NCBI GenBank assembly: GCA_009914755.4
Contig: CP086569.2
Span: 24,800,001 to 24,864,000, forward strand
Length of the DNA stretch: 64,000 nucleotides
Reading direction: 5' to 3'
Source: the human T2T-CHM13v2.0 reference genome, Homo sapiens
Positions 13,320-26,100 of the stretch are shown here, one piece after another (positions within the stretch are counted from its first letter, which is position 1; each line of letters opens with the position of its first letter). Below the pieces are notes generated by a model that did not search any database, had not been told where the DNA came from, and saw only the letters and a program-made list of their open reading frames with translations. The position numbers and the translations under genes are program-made.

Positions 13320-14580
13320 ACAGCCTAGAAACCTGAGGGACACCATCAAGCAGCCATACATATGCATTTTGGAAGTTCCAAGGAAGAGACAAAAACTCAT
13401 GGATACTATTTAACAACATAGTCATAAAGAATGCAACAATTTAAGACAATAAGTAAGCACCCAAGGAGCTCAACAGACTCCAAGTAACAAAAACTCAAAG
13501 AAACAAACTCAAACTTACCTGATAATTAAACTGTCTAAAATAAATACAAAGAGAACCTTGAGGATTTTCAAGGGAAGCAGGGGAAGTAGCTAGTCATGTA
13601 AAAGGGACCCTAAAAATAACCAGTGGATCACTTATCTGAATAACCACCGAAAAGCAGTAGATTTCTTATCTGAAAACTGAGATAGAAAGCAGTAGCCTCA
13701 TATATTCCAAGTGATGTCAGAAAAAACTGTCAAGCCTAAACATTATGATCCACCAAACTGTCCATCAAAGGTGAGGGACAAATTATGACATTCCCATATA
13801 AAAACTGGCACCTTTTACAAGTAGACTACCCTTTAAGAAATGTCTTATGGAGTACTTCAGGGTAGAATGGACAGATACTCAAAAGCAGTATGAACAAACA
13901 AAGATTAAGGTAAAGATAAATACATGAACAAATATGTAAGATAAAAAATTTGGCTGGGCTCAGTGGCTCACACCTGTAATCCCAGCATTTTGGGAGGCTG
14001 AGGTGCTTGGATCACGAGGTCAGGAGATCGAGACAATCCTGGCTAACATGGTGAAACCCCGTCTCTACTAAAAATACAACAAATTCGTAGGGCCAGGTGG
14101 CAGGTGCCTGTAGTCTCAGCTACTCGGGAGGCTGAGACAGGAGAATGGCATGAATCCGGGAGGTGGAGCTTGTAGTGAGCCAAGATCTCACTACTGCACT
14201 CCAGCCTCATTGACAGGGCGAGACTCCATCTCAAAACAAAACAAAACAAAACAAAACAAAACGAACAATTAACAATGTGCACCTCCACAATTTGTTCTCC
14301 ACATAACTTAAAACACAAATATATTTAATAAAAAAACTACCACTAATTTGTGTTTTTGACATAAAATCAATAAAGGTATAATTTTGAGAACTCAGTAAGT
14401 GAAATAATGGAGGTACATTATACAGGAGTAAAGGCTTTGTATGTTACTGAAGGTAAGCTAGTGTAACTTTAAAAATGTTATAACATTAGAATGTTCCATA
14501 TAATCGTCATAGCAACCACAATTAAACAAAGAAACACAAAAGAGTAACAGGCAGGAAGAAAGCTTTCTGTACTACACCAG
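13320..14580 (+). mobile_element. Ancient L1 fragment (ORF1-like) upstream of the intact CDY, paralogous to 9905-10785. It carries a nested Alu at 13952-14263.
   Basis: This is the same sequence family as 9905-10785, e.g. 'ccaaggagctcaacagactccaagtaacaaaaactcaaagaaacaaactcaaacttacctgataattaaactgtctaaaataaatacaaagagaaccttgaggattttcaagggaagcag', which is L1 ORF1-like. Confidence 0.5.
13952..14263 (+). mobile_element. Alu SINE with an (AAAAC)n tail.
   Basis: The element runs 'ggctgggctcagtggctcacacctgtaatcccagcattttgggaggctgagg...gtgagccaagatctcactactgcactccagcctc...caaaacaaaacaaaacaaaac'. Confidence 0.92.
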
Positions 14581-14871
14581 AGGGTTGGGGCTGTGGATTT
14601 AGCTACTCTCACCTGAGGCTACTGAGCAAGTTGTCATGCACCATGAGACAAAGCCCAAGCTGTCCCACCAGGCAGTAAGTATGGAGAGGTTCAGGCACAT
14701 GGCATAGCTGCTATTTCGCACAATTTTCACTACACCAGTGGTGACAAAATAGAAGAGGTTCATCCATACACAGAACCTGGTGAAGAGTTGGAGGCAGAAA
14801 GAAGTGTCTATGTGGAGACGCAACTGAAACAAAGGTGGCACAGCAACTGTTCCAATCCCGTGTCTTTCCTC

Positions 14872-16494
14872 ATGGCTTCCCAGGAGTTTGAGGTTGAAGC
14901 TATTGTTGACAAAAGACAGGATAAAAATGGGAATACACAGTATTTGGTTCGGTGGAAAGGTTATGACAAACAGGATGACACTTGGGAACCAGAGCAGCAC
15001 CTCATGAACTGTGAAAAATGTGTACATGATTTTAATAGACGACAGACTGAAAAACAGAAAAAACTGACATGGACTACAACCAGTAGAATTTTTTCAAACA
15101 ATGCCAGAAGAAGAACTTCCAGATCTACAAAAGCAAACTATTCTAAGAACTCTCCTAAAACGCCAGTGACTGATAAACACCACAGGTCCAAAAACCGCAA
15201 GTTATTTGCTGCCAGCAAGAACGTTAGGAGAAAGGCAGCTTCAATTCTCTCTGACACAAAGAATATGGAGATAATAAATTCAACTATTGAGACCCTTGCA
15301 CCTGACAGCCCCTTTGACCACAAAACTGTGAGTGGCTTTCAGAAACTTGAGAAACTGGACCCTATTGCAGCAGATCAGCAGGACACGGTGGTCTTCAAGG
15401 TGACAGAAGGGAAACTCCTCCGGGACCCTTTGTCACGTCCTGGTGCAGAACAGACTGGAATACAGAACAAGACTCAGATACACCCACTAATGTCGCAGAT
15501 GTCTGGCTCAGTTACTGCTTCTATGGCCACAGGTTCAGCTACCCGAAAGGGTATAGTGGTATTAATAGACCCATTAGCAGCCAATGGGACAACAGACATG
15601 CATACCTCAGTTCCAAGAGTGAAAGGTGGGCAAAGAAATATTACTGATGACAGCAGAGACCAGCCTTTTATCAAGAAGATGCACTTCACCATAAGGCTAA
15701 CAGAAAGTGCCAGCACATACAGAGACATTGTAGTGAAGAAAGAGGATGGATTCACCCAGATAGTGCTATCAACTAGATCGACAGAAAAAAATGCACTGAA
15801 TACAGAAGTAATTAAAGAAATAGTTAATGCTCTGAATAGCGCTGCTGCAGATGACAGCAAGCTCGTGCTGTTCAGTGCAGCTGGAAGTGTCTTTTGCTGC
15901 GGTCTTGATTTTGGGTACTTTGTGAAGCACTTAAGGAATAACAGAAACACAGCAAGCCTTGAAATGGTGGACACCATCAAGAACTTTGTGAATACTTTTA
16001 TTCAATTTAAAAAGCCTATTGTTGTATCAGTCAATGGCCCTGCGATTGGACTAGGTGCATCCATCCTGCCTCTTTGTGATCTCGTGTGGGCTAATGAAAA
16101 GGCTTGGTTCCAAACCCCTTATACGACCTTTGGACAGAGTCCAGATGGCTGTTCTTCTATTACATTCCCCAAAATGATGGGTAAAGCATCTGCCAATGAA
16201 ATGTTAATTGCTGGGCGAAAGCTGACAGCAAGGGAGGCATGCGCCAAAGGCCTGGTCTCTCAGGTATTTTTGACTGGAACTTTCACCCAAGAGGTTATGA
16301 TTCAAATTAAGGAGCTTGCCTCATACAATCCAATTGTACTGGAAGAATGTAAGGCCCTCGTTCGCTGTAATATTAAGTTGGAGTTGGAACAGGCCAATGA
16401 GAGAGAGTGTGAGGTGCTGAGGAAGATCTGGAGCTCAGCCCAAGGGATAGAATCCATGTTAAAGTATGTTGAAAATAAAATTGATGAGTTTTAA
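14872..16494 (+). CDS. CDY1: Chromodomain protein Y-linked (CDY family, CDY1/CDY2), 540 aa. It has an N-terminal chromodomain and a C-terminal enoyl-CoA hydratase/crotonase-like domain. It is an intronless retrogene.
   Basis: The in-frame ATG at 14872 starts '[44 protein letters not shown]', which is a chromodomain. The hydratase-like '[22 protein letters not shown]...[48 protein letters not shown]' follows, ending '...[11 protein letters not shown]' with stop TAA at 16492-16494. I recognise this from memory as human CDY; I cannot discriminate CDY1 from CDY2 (about 98% identical). The six-frame ORF 14788-16494 extends upstream to an earlier in-frame Met, but the MASQEF start is the known one. 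A 5'UTR-like segment at about 14580-14871 is conserved with the pseudogene copy. Confidence 0.92.
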   Translation: MASQEFEVEAIVDKRQDKNGNTQYLVRWKGYDKQDDTWEPEQHLMNCEKCVHDFNRRQTEKQKKLTWTTTSRIFSNNARRRTSRSTKANYSKNSPKTPVTDKHHRSKNRKLFAASKNVRRKAASILSDTKNMEIINSTIETLAPDSPFDHKTVSGFQKLEKLDPIAADQQDTVVFKVTEGKLLRDPLSRPGAEQTGIQNKTQIHPLMSQMSGSVTASMATGSATRKGIVVLIDPLAANGTTDMHTSVPRVKGGQRNITDDSRDQPFIKKMHFTIRLTESASTYRDIVVKKEDGFTQIVLSTRSTEKNALNTEVIKEIVNALNSAAADDSKLVLFSAAGSVFCCGLDFGYFVKHLRNNRNTASLEMVDTIKNFVNTFIQFKKPIVVSVNGPAIGLGASILPLCDLVWANEKAWFQTPYTTFGQSPDGCSSITFPKMMGKASANEMLIAGRKLTAREACAKGLVSQVFLTGTFTQEVMIQIKELASYNPIVLEECKALVRCNIKLELEQANERECEVLRKIWSSAQGIESMLKYVENKIDEF

Positions 16495-17989
16495 TTGTCA
16501 GTCTGTCTGCTCAGGACACAAGAACTAAGGGGCAACAAATGCATCATGAGTTGCAAGATGCCCTAATCCATCTTCATAGCCCAAAACAATTTCACCCATA
16601 GCTAAGGCTTGGAAACAGAACTGGAAATGTCCAAGCTATGTATTTAAATTATCACATCATTTTTAAGCACTGTAGCTTTACAAGGAGTAACAAAACAGCC
16701 TCTTTGCCCAAATGTGATTATTTTATGCACACCTAAGCCCAAATATAAAAACAGACTCTTCTTGCAAGCTCTAATATGTATCTATGGCTACTACTATATA
16801 TAAGACCAGAGTTGTGTTTTATTAGATGTTTGTGACAGAGAATCCTGTAATAATGTTGATTTTTTCTTATTTTTATATCCTAGAATACCTCTGTTGGGAT
16901 ATAAAGCAGCCTTCCCTCCCAGAAAGACACAGAATGATCAGAGATGGTGCCCTTGACTTTATAGTGGCACAAACGCTTCAGAGACACACAATTATAAGAG
17001 ACTTATCTTTTAGCATAAATACTTATGGCTCAAAATCCACTGACGATCATTCTCCTAAACTGAACACATGACTAGAATTGGTGGTGAGATATCGCTTGAT
17101 TTTCTTTTCCTTTATAAATGTCTAGTTCTTACCCAGTTAACAAAAGAAAACTTTATCGCTCTAAAGTAAAACTTGTTACACCACATTAGTGAATTATGGA
17201 ATGATTTTGGTGGAAATATCCAGGTTCTAATGTGTGGAATGTGCAGATTTAGGTTACTTTAGTGTATGTTCTAGTTAATAAGTTAAAATTCTGGACACAT
17301 TATTAAAGGCAGAAACTTCTTTCAAAGCAAACACCGCTACACTTTGTATGACCTTTACAATTATCAGTGTCTCTTTTTATGAGCACACAATTTTCTAGAA
17401 CACTGTATGTGCTCAGTTATGCAAAAGCTCTATGAATCCTGTCTTGTTGGTTTTTATCGAGGCTCCATTACATAGACATAATTGAATAATCCACTGGCCA
17501 CTGGTGATGAATGTCATCTTTGTCACAAGATCTCTAGGGTGTCACTTCACCAGCCAAGAACCTCTGTGGATGATGGCACCTTTGTGCAAGGTTCCCTTGA
17601 GCCTGCTTTTCTAATTTTACAAACCCATCTTACAGGCTGCACTCAGCTCAAACTATGGGCTTAGGTTTCATTTTGCTATGGATGCACCAGGCACAGACTG
17701 GAGGCAGATGCATGAGTGAGTGTTGGTTCAGTCCAGCCACTGCACACAGCTTTGCCTGTTATCTGTGATGAGGTAAGCAGGTCAGGTGCTGGTACAGGTG
17801 ACAGCTCCCTGCAAATCTTTAGGTGAATCAGGCATACCACAAGCTTTCTCTTCTGCAGGCACTGAAGAATGCAGTGGCATCCACAAAAGAAGAAATGCCA
17901 GAAAATGCAAAGGCCCAAGGACGTCATCCTAGCCCTGGCATGGGAAAGGTTTAGAGCTGGGGTATCTAAAGGGCCAATGTCCTGCTTTC

Positions 17990-18950
17990 TTTTTCCTTTT
18001 TTCTTTTTTTTTTTTTTTTTTCTTATCTATGGGATCACTATGACTTAAATTAGGGTTTTCAAAGGGCTCTGTCTCTCTTTCTACTGGAAATTAGCATCTT
18101 GTCTTTTCTTCACTCTTTCTCTCTTTGACTGCTTTTTATTTACTATGACATGCTATAGAAGAAATGCGTCTTGGCCCAGCATCTTTCTGTTGACTGTAGG
18201 GCTATTTGTCAGAAGCAGTAAGATTTTGGCTCAGCAATAAGGTAACATCTTCCCATTTAAGACCAAAAAAAGGGCTAGATATTAGAAAGGCTCTATATAT
18301 TTATTGATGTATCAGAAAACTTCCCCAGGTCTTACTTTATTTGTTTAAGGTACTGTAATGAAAAAGAAACTTGCACTTTACTGGCACCTCATTCATTGGG
18401 CATTTCCTATAGGGGTAGTAAGGAACGTGGAGGGTTGGATGTAAAAACTGGAAAAGCTGATGATGATGTGACTAAAAGGTTCTCTGCATCAAGAAGATGA
18501 GAAAACCTGTGGTAACAAATGTGGTTTTGAGTGTTTCCAGGGAGAATGTTTCTCTGACGTTTGGGAGTTGTTTCTTGTGGGCTTTTCTGATATGACTGCT
18601 AAGAAAGCAGGAACAATTTTACAGTATTTACAAAGATGTGGGTGGTTTCACAGGGCAAAAAGCCTTGCACATAGGGAACTTCAAACAATGTGCCTTTGAC
18701 TCTCAGAAACTATCTAGGTTTTCAATAGTATTGACAAAGAAAAGCTACATAGTTGTGGTGGATTATTGGTAAAATTTCTGCAAGCAGAGAAACAGCCTGA
18801 AATATCAGGCTGCAGACACAAATTTAAGAATCCTGCACAATCCTGTGGCACAAGCAAATAATTTTTTTAAAAAAGCCCAACTTTTTGTGTGTGTGTGCTT
18901 AAGACATGCCCACAGCTACTCAGATAAAAAAAAAAAAAAAAAAAAACAAG
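17990..18950 (+). repeat. 'S' module copy, a low-copy segment of about 0.9 kb that recurs at 29700-30295, 37150-38010 and 38711-39580 (inverted).
   Basis: Shared blocks include 'tttacaaagatgtgggtggtttc...' ~ 'tttacaaatatctgggttgtttgc...' and 'cagcctgaaatatcaggctgcagacacaaattt' ~ 'caggctaaaataccaggctgcaggcagattttt'. Identity is about 70-80% by eye. Confidence 0.55.
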
Positions 18951-19114
18951 ACCCCGCATTAAAATGTTGTGTCTTTTGTGTAACCAGAGTGCTTCCAGGA
19001 AATAGTCTCTCTCTTTTTTAGAACTTGTACATATTGGACTCCAATGTGTTACAAAGGGTACCTTATATTACTAAACATACTTCAGACTCCGAGCCAAATT
19101 TCTGTAAATTATCA

Positions 19115-19215
19115 TTTAAGACTCTGGTCCCAGGCCAAGGTCCTGGGCCATGCTTTCCCTTTAGCTCTTGTGTGGCTCAGGGCCAAGTTCCTGAGCCAAG
19201 CTGAGTCATTACATC
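19115..19215 (+). repeat. Copy 2 of the CCAAGG/CCAGG module.
   Basis: The read is 'ctggtcccaggccaaggtcctgggccatgctttccctttagctcttgtgtggctcagggccaagttcctgagccaagctgagtc'. Confidence 0.6.
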
Positions 19216-19545
19216 CGCCATTAATAGTTCCAGGCACAAGGACCCAGAAAAGATGAGAAGTGCTTTCTTCAAAACTAGTTAGTACCTTTTCTTCCTTCTG
19301 AGTCCATAAAAATATGAGACTCTTTCTCAAAGTGGGCAACTGACTCTACTCCACCAGAAGTTAACATATTAAACATTTACTATCATCTCACCTTTTGCAT
19401 TCCTAATTTTTAATTTTCTTGAAATTAAAAAGATCTGTGTGTCACCTAAAAATGAGAGACTGATACATTGTGGTTCACTGGGGGACAGCAAGGTTTGTTT
19501 TTGGTTCATGGACTTGGAAAGGCCTTAATTAAAAAGGTCAGTAGG

Positions 19546-19837
19546 GGCTGGGCATGGTGGCTCATGACTGTTATCGCAGCACTTTGGGTGGCCAATGTGG
19601 GAAGATCAGGAGGAGATCAAGATGGAGATCATCCTGGCTAACATGGTGAAGCCCTCATGAAGTCTACCAAAAATACAAAAAATTAGCAGGGTGTGGTGGT
19701 GGGCACCTTTAGTGACAGTTGCTTGGTAGGCTAAGGCAGGAGAATGGCATAAACCCGGGAAATGGAGCTTGCAGTTAGCCAAGATCATGCAACTGGACTC
19801 CAGTTTAAGTGACAGAGAATCCATTAGAAAAAAAAAG
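19546..19837 (+). mobile_element. Alu SINE (diverged).
   Basis: The element runs 'ggctgggcatggtggctcatgactgttatcgcagcactttgggtggcc...catcctggctaacatggtgaagccc...gcagttagccaagatcatgcaactggactccag...aaaaaaaaag'. Confidence 0.88.
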
Positions 19838-19899
19838 TGAGTAGGGGTGCCATTCCAAACTATTTACATTCATATCTTCAGCTTGTCCTCTATTTGCTT

Positions 19900-21250
19900 T
19901 CATATCTGCAGCTTGTTCTCAGTTTTTGTTTGTTTGTTTTTGTTATTTGTTTTTTTCTTTTTTTTTAATGTCTGAAGAGCAAACAAAGCTCTGGACCAGT
20001 GCCAGGTAAAATCCGATGGATTGCCTGCCATTCTTACAAAGCTTAGGAGAAAGGGATTCTGGGAGACACATTGGCAGTCTCCTTTCACCCTCCGCTGTTG
20101 AAAGTGTTGCCTCTGTTCCAACTGTTTTCTTTCAGAGAGGATCCAGCTGTCACATAGGACTGAAAGGATATCTAAGTTAATTGAAGATTTCTGGTTAAGG
20201 CTATACCACAGTGTTACGTGAAGGCCTCAAAACTAACTCCAGTTTCTGACAGCCCATCAGAGTGTTGCCACCAAAATTTCCAGGCTTTTCTGTGGCATTT
20301 TATTTATTTGTTTTTTGTCATTGTGTGGCTAATGTCCCTCCTATTTCTTCTTTGTATGCCATGTTGAGACCTGGAGATACAAGCTTACTGGTAAAAGTCA
20401 GTCAGTAGAAATATAATTCAAAGAGTTGCTATTTTGTGTTTTTTTTTCTTTCAAAAGAGGAAGAATTCAAAATTGTGGTCTAAAAATTTTTATTTGATAA
20501 GGGTCTTTTTGTCCGCCGATGATAGACATTCATGACACTGTAGGGAATGGCATACATTCAAATAAATTTTCCCTGTTTGGCGGGTGATTTCTCTTTAAAA
20601 AGCTCAGCACAGCCATATATATCTAAACAGTTTCTTTGTGAGACACATCTTCTTTTTTCTGCAGAGACACATACTGTGGGGACAGGCGATGGAGCGTTAA
20701 CCTTCCTTTTCTCAGTTTTGACTATATAAACCTGGAATTCAGCATTTTCATGGAATATCTGAGATCTTAAAATGCAACCTAGTAAAATGAGGTTTTTCTC
20801 TTGGGGAAGCCTTGTCAGTACTTTGCACAAAACCCTTGGATTTTAATTCCTCTCTCTGTTATATCTCTCTAACTCTGTGCCCTATCAGTAAACAGAAAAT
20901 TTCCACTTTCAATAATCAGAAAGAAGGTGTCTTTGAGAGACATATTTTAGCTAAGTGCTGTCTTATGAAAGCCAGCCATACAAGCTTTACTTGCTTTGAG
21001 GCACACCTTCTTCCTCCAGCAGCACTGACATTTAAACTAACGGAGAATTTTATGTTTCAACTCAATCTATCTTATTTCCTGCAATTTCAGTATTTTTTCT
21101 AGGCCATAGCAAGGGAAGCCACAAATAGTATTAAAATTCTTACTCTATACAAGTGTCTTGCTAGAATCCAATGACTATATAATCTTTTTTTTAGGCTCCC
21201 AAGTTACTCTGGGTATCTTCTGGGTTGAGTAGGCTTAAGAAATCAACAAA
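19900..21250 (+). repeat. 'T' module of about 1.3 kb, paralogous to 39660-40970.
   Basis: '...gagcaaacaaagctctggaccagtgccaggtaaaatccgatggattgcctgccattcttacaaagcttaggagaaagggattctgggagacacattggcagtctcctttcaccctccgctgttgaaagtgttgcctctgttccaact...' parallels 'tactcaagagcaaacaacactgagccagtgtcagccagttcaaatcaaaaggatgacttccagccttataagactcaggtgacaggccagatagagagaactttgacaatcccccaacatcctcagttgatgaaaactttggctctgttccaact'. Later blocks are also collinear ('ctatgtcccatctctaagcagaaaatctccactttcaacagtcaaaaagaag' ~ 'ctgtgccctatcagtaaacagaaaatttccactttcaataatcagaaagaag'). Confidence 0.6.
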
Positions 21251-22914
21251 GAGTCACCAGTAGAGAGCTAAAGCCTCTGCAGGAAAATGTTACTTGTCCT
21301 GCTGTCTAGATCCTCTAGAACTGTGGGTGAAGGTTTAGCTTCCATCCATGGGGGACACCTATGTCAGTCACCAGACTCAGAAAAGACAAGAGGAATTCAA
21401 AAACAAGGAATATCCTATCTTTTTATTCAGTCAGGGCTATTTCAAAAGGGGGAAAAAGAGAATAGGAATTTTTTTTATATATTTCTTTAGAAACTTCACA
21501 AACTGTCTGCAGTACGCACCTCTCTAGATTACATTCTGAAACACAGAAATTTCATTGACTGTGAGACTCTGAAAAATGAAAGTGGCTTATTTATGTATTT
21601 ATTGCTCAAGGGCATGACAGCCCTACCAGCTCCAGGACAGACATGCCTAGCTTTCTGAGGGAAGTGTTCGCTTTAGTACTATTCAACAGGTATATCTTTT
21701 CTTCAGATGGCAAAGAAAAGAGTATGATTTTTTTTTTCTTTTTTGGACAACCTTACTTTGACTGGGGAGACAACCCAGATCTTTCTAAGTATTGTAAAAA
21801 TGACTCTGCCCTCTTGGCAGTCATAACAGGCAAGTTTCAAGAGATAATTCATTAAAGTCAGAGACAAGCCCCTGAGGAACACTCAAATTTATCTTCTAAA
21901 TGTCACACCTGCCACCCTCATTTAGAAGTTCCAATAGCCATTTCATCATCTTGTCTTGTTGTGCCACTAAGGAAAACCAAAACTCACTGTTGCCCCTGTA
22001 GAAAATACTCCATAGATGTGATACTAGTATAGCAGAAGTTTTCTTCTCATTGCAAGGACTTAGACAAAAAAAAATGAAAAAGATAAGCAAATGTCCTCTG
22101 ATGACCCTGGTGGATATACAGAGATATTTCAAAATCTAACTCAAATGTTCAATCATACCTGAATAGATGATACATTACTGCTAAACCAACCCCTAACTGT
22201 TGCCCTAAAGCAGGCAGCTTTACAGAGAGCAGAGTTATCCATGGATGAACCACATGTCTTTTATAAAATCTTGAAAAAGGGAGGGTGAAAAGGAATAAAA
22301 AAAGTTGAACTGATAACAGAATTCTTATTCGTAATAGGAAAGGACGGAGTGCTGAAAACTCGATTGGAATCTTATTGGTCCTATAGAGGAGTGAAAAAAA
22401 AATTAGTGAGCCTACTGGAAGGCTTATAAGTGAACAGGACAAAACTTCATAATTACTCTAAACTATTCATAATAGGTTAAAATCACAGAAAAATTATAGA
22501 GCCTTTTTTAAAATCCTGAGAGAGGCTTTAGTGAAACACATGTTCCTATCTCCCTATTGGGTTAAGATAAAGTTAATCTTAAGAGAAAAGTTTATTACTC
22601 AAGCAGACCCTGACATCAAAAGAAAACTGCAAAAATGTGTCATAGGTTCAGATAATATTGTTCTTTTAACAATGCACCAAGACATAACAGCCTTTCTTTC
22701 ATTTGAGATTACACTAAGAGTCTTTTTTTTACATTTAAGAAGATTAAGGACTGTAGACAAAGGAAACTGTTTGGAGCAAAAGTTTAAATAAGTGGCAAAA
22801 GCAGCTCTCTGCCAGCAGAGATAGAAGCTTGAATAAGTTGTCCACTGGGGTTTAAGGTTTTTATGGCCTAAAAAATAAAGATATATACTTAGTTTGCAAG
22901 CTGTCTTGGAGAAT

Positions 22915-23100
22915 GGGTGACTTAGCTTTGCCCTGGCCCAGGACCTATTAGACAGCTTAGCCCAGGCACTTTGCCTGGGAGCAGTCTGAGGTGGTAATTT
23001 GCAAAGACTGCTTAGCTTGGTACAGGACCTAAAGTAAAAGCTTGTTCTGGGATGCTGGCTCAGGACCAATCAGGGACTGAAGTGATGATTCATATGGGTT
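22915..23100 (+). repeat. Copy 3 of the CCAAGG/CCAGG module, followed by the 'beta' continuation that in copy 5 leads into ERV gag-NC/protease sequence.
   Basis: 'gctttgccctggcccaggacctattagacagcttagcccaggcactttgcctgggagcagtc...gcttggtacaggacctaaagtaaaagcttgttctgggatgctggctcaggaccaatcagggactgaagtgatgattcat' is followed by 'gcactgcgtttatgccc' ~ 'ccactgtgtttatgcc' (32510). Confidence 0.6.
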
Positions 23101-26100
23101 GAGCAACCAGTGAAATACAAAAATAAATATTTCATCCAATACCCGCTAGATCGCACTGCGTTTATGCCCACAAAAAACAAAACAAAACAAAACAAAAAAC
23201 AACTTTATTTTCTGAAAGCCCTCTGAGTATACAGAAAACAACAAGCCTATGCCAGGCATTGGTTCCCCATCTGAATCAGTGGGAGGTTTGTACAAGATTT
23301 TATCTGAATGGACTGAAGGTTCTGTTATCTGTGCTGTCAGGCACAACCTTCTGTGTTAAATCTCTTACTGGTACACACACGTTTTTTTTTGGTCTGGTTA
23401 TTATGTTATGTTGGAATCAGGCCCTTACTTGTTTACTGGAGGTCTTCCAGGAACCCATTCCTTGCTGTTTACATGGGAAAAGCTGGCTAAGTTGTCTTTG
23501 TCCTCCCTCAGAAATGAAAACTCTAACTTCTCTTAGGAGATTGGGCATTGGTCTTTCTGGATACTTTCTGCTGGAGAAGAGTGTTGTGTAGAAAACAGTA
23601 TGTAGGATCTACTGAGGGTTGGTTTAAGTGTTTGTAGAAGAAAGGCCTGTTAATGCATGGTTTTATTTGCATTACATTTTAAAGTGTGATAGACTTTAGG
23701 CACAAAAAGAAAACCAGTTTGGATTATTAGAAAAAGCATATCACAACTAGACAAGGAGAGTAAGAACAGCTGAAATACTTCAAGGCTGCTGACGTGCCCG
23801 TGTAACTGTGGCTACATTTACACCTGTTAAGATTTTGTTACATGAGACTTGGATTTATTTAGCTTTCTTGATTTGATCCTTTGAAACAAAAATTCTGTTA
23901 CAGAAACCCTATTTTCTTTTATGACCTGCAAATATTTGTGGAATGAGTTCCCAGAATTAGAATATTGTTCTAGATTTATCTGTTACTCATATCTTTCTGT
24001 TTTCCAAGAACGGTAGCTGGACCTCACCAGTTGGTTCACAGAAAAAAAAAAAAAAAAAAAGGTTAATTAATATTGTACAAACATCTTAAAAACAACATAT
24101 GAGATGAGAAGTTAGTGATAGAGGTGTGATAGGCTGTGAGACATCTATCTTTTTTTTAGTCCTAATTTTTGTTAAGAACGAATTATGACAAAAGTTGGTT
24201 GTTGGCAAAACAGACTTGTCCTACACTTAGCCAGAATATTTTTGTACAGTGCTGTGGGAAATACCTTTACATGTGCTTTCCTCATGGGCTTTTATGAATC
24301 TCTATTCTACAAGGAATCTTAAATAGGACATTATAAAGCTGAGTCCAACTATAGGTTTGACCCTTAGATACATGTTATTTGGATAAACTCCTCTATTTTT
24401 TTGAGATTCCAAGTGCATGTGGTTCCTAGGCCTGATAGAAAGTGGCTTTTTTTTTTTTCCTCTTACCGCAGATTAGAAAACCTGTATTGGGACTGTGTAA
24501 ACAAAGTATAAGGCTGCGTTTCTTAGGGGGCTTTTATTGGTTCTAGAAGTCAGACGTAAGTCATTAAAGAAGGCACACTCTTCCAGTCAAAGCCTTTGGA
24601 AATCAACCAGCTTATTCTATTGGGTTATGTTGCAAATGAAAATACATTTTTGTTGCACTGAGTAAAACAATTATATTGTTGTAAGTTAAGAATAATCACA
24701 CATACTTTCCGAATTTTAGAGGAACTAGGCACAGAGGAAAAAAGCATGTTTCAAGTTTTGCTAACAGGAGTATACCAATTGACAGTGTTAAAAGCTGTAG
24801 CTACTTTAAAAGAAAGTGCGCTTGACTTTAAAAAACAAAACAAGAATTAGAAATGTTCTAAAATAAAGATAAAGAGATTGTTTCATTCTTCTGTTAGTTT
24901 AGTCTATTTTAACATTTGTCCTGCTTGACATTTATAAGCATTTTAGCTATTCCTAAGTTCTGTACATTTTCCTGTTATAAAAAAACCTACAGTTGAGAAC
25001 AGCTGGTACAGTTCTACAGCTAATTATAAGTCGTTATTCTTGATGAAGATTAAATGTCTGTAAATGACAAAATGTCTAGTGTGGTTAGAAACAGCATAGG
25101 CAAAGACATTTGGTTACTTCCGTGGTTTACAATAGCTTAACATAATAACTTTAAATAAAAATTGTAGCACGTATTCAGATATTAAGAACCTTAAAAACCT
25201 CATGTGGTTTTGAGCCCTGTGTTAATGTTACCCACTAAAATATATTCTGAAAAAAATAAAATATTACCATCAAAATCACATGTATTTAAATGTGCTTTAT
25301 AATCCTGTTTAACTTTTTCTTTTATGCCCCAGGGGCTCTCTGAGGCATCCAAAATATAGGGTTCAGAAAATACATCCTTGAAGTTAAAATTTTATTCTGG
25401 GAAGCCTGCCAAATATTTTAGAGGATTAAGACACTTAATGTTATGAAATCCAATTCCAGATTTCCATAAATCATTTGTTTTGCCAAAATACAGTTGGTAG
25501 AAATGTTTGAAAGGGCAGAAACACTTTTATCAGCCTTCAATATTACATGATAATCTCTTTCAGAAGGACAAATTTTCCCCTTGTAGTTGTCTCCTAATGT
25601 TAACCCTAAGCTTAATGAAACCTTATGTAAAATTATTTTAACCTTAGAAAGTTTGACAAAGAAGTGAGATTTTCACAAACTTATTACAACATTTTAACAA
25701 ACTTTTACAAATTTGCTAAAGAGAAGATTAATGTTTCAAGAAATTTTTGTTGTGTTTTCACTTCAATGCTTAATGGCAGAAATAAACATAATACCCTTTT
25801 CAATCTAGTTAGTAGGTTCACAGGGTTTTCTTTTGCAAGATTAATTTTTTTGCAGTATTTTTCACAATTTGTGTAAACAGCTTTATTTTAGTTAATTAAA
25901 GAAAATTCTTTAACTCTAGGCAAAATGTACATTTCCATGCCTTTCTATAATTTATTCTCACTACAAACACATTTTACTCTTCTACCACACCTGGCAATTA
26001 AATTTATATACAGTATTCTCAATTACACATTATAGTAATATCTTTTAACAATTAATAACTTGACTATAAAACCTGGTGAGTTTATAAAATTACAGGCTGG

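Noticed and set aside
14788-14871. N-terminal extension of the CDY ORF ([28 protein letters not shown]…) in the six-frame track.
   Set aside because: This is an in-frame read-through of the 5'UTR. The well-known CDY start is MASQEFEV at 14872, and the equivalent region in the paralogous pseudogene is non-coding.
17300-17310. Possible CDY polyadenylation signal 'attaaa' about 800 bp downstream of the stop codon.
   Set aside because: Several A-rich hexamers occur in the 3' region, and without transcript data I cannot pick the functional one, so I did not report it as a feature.
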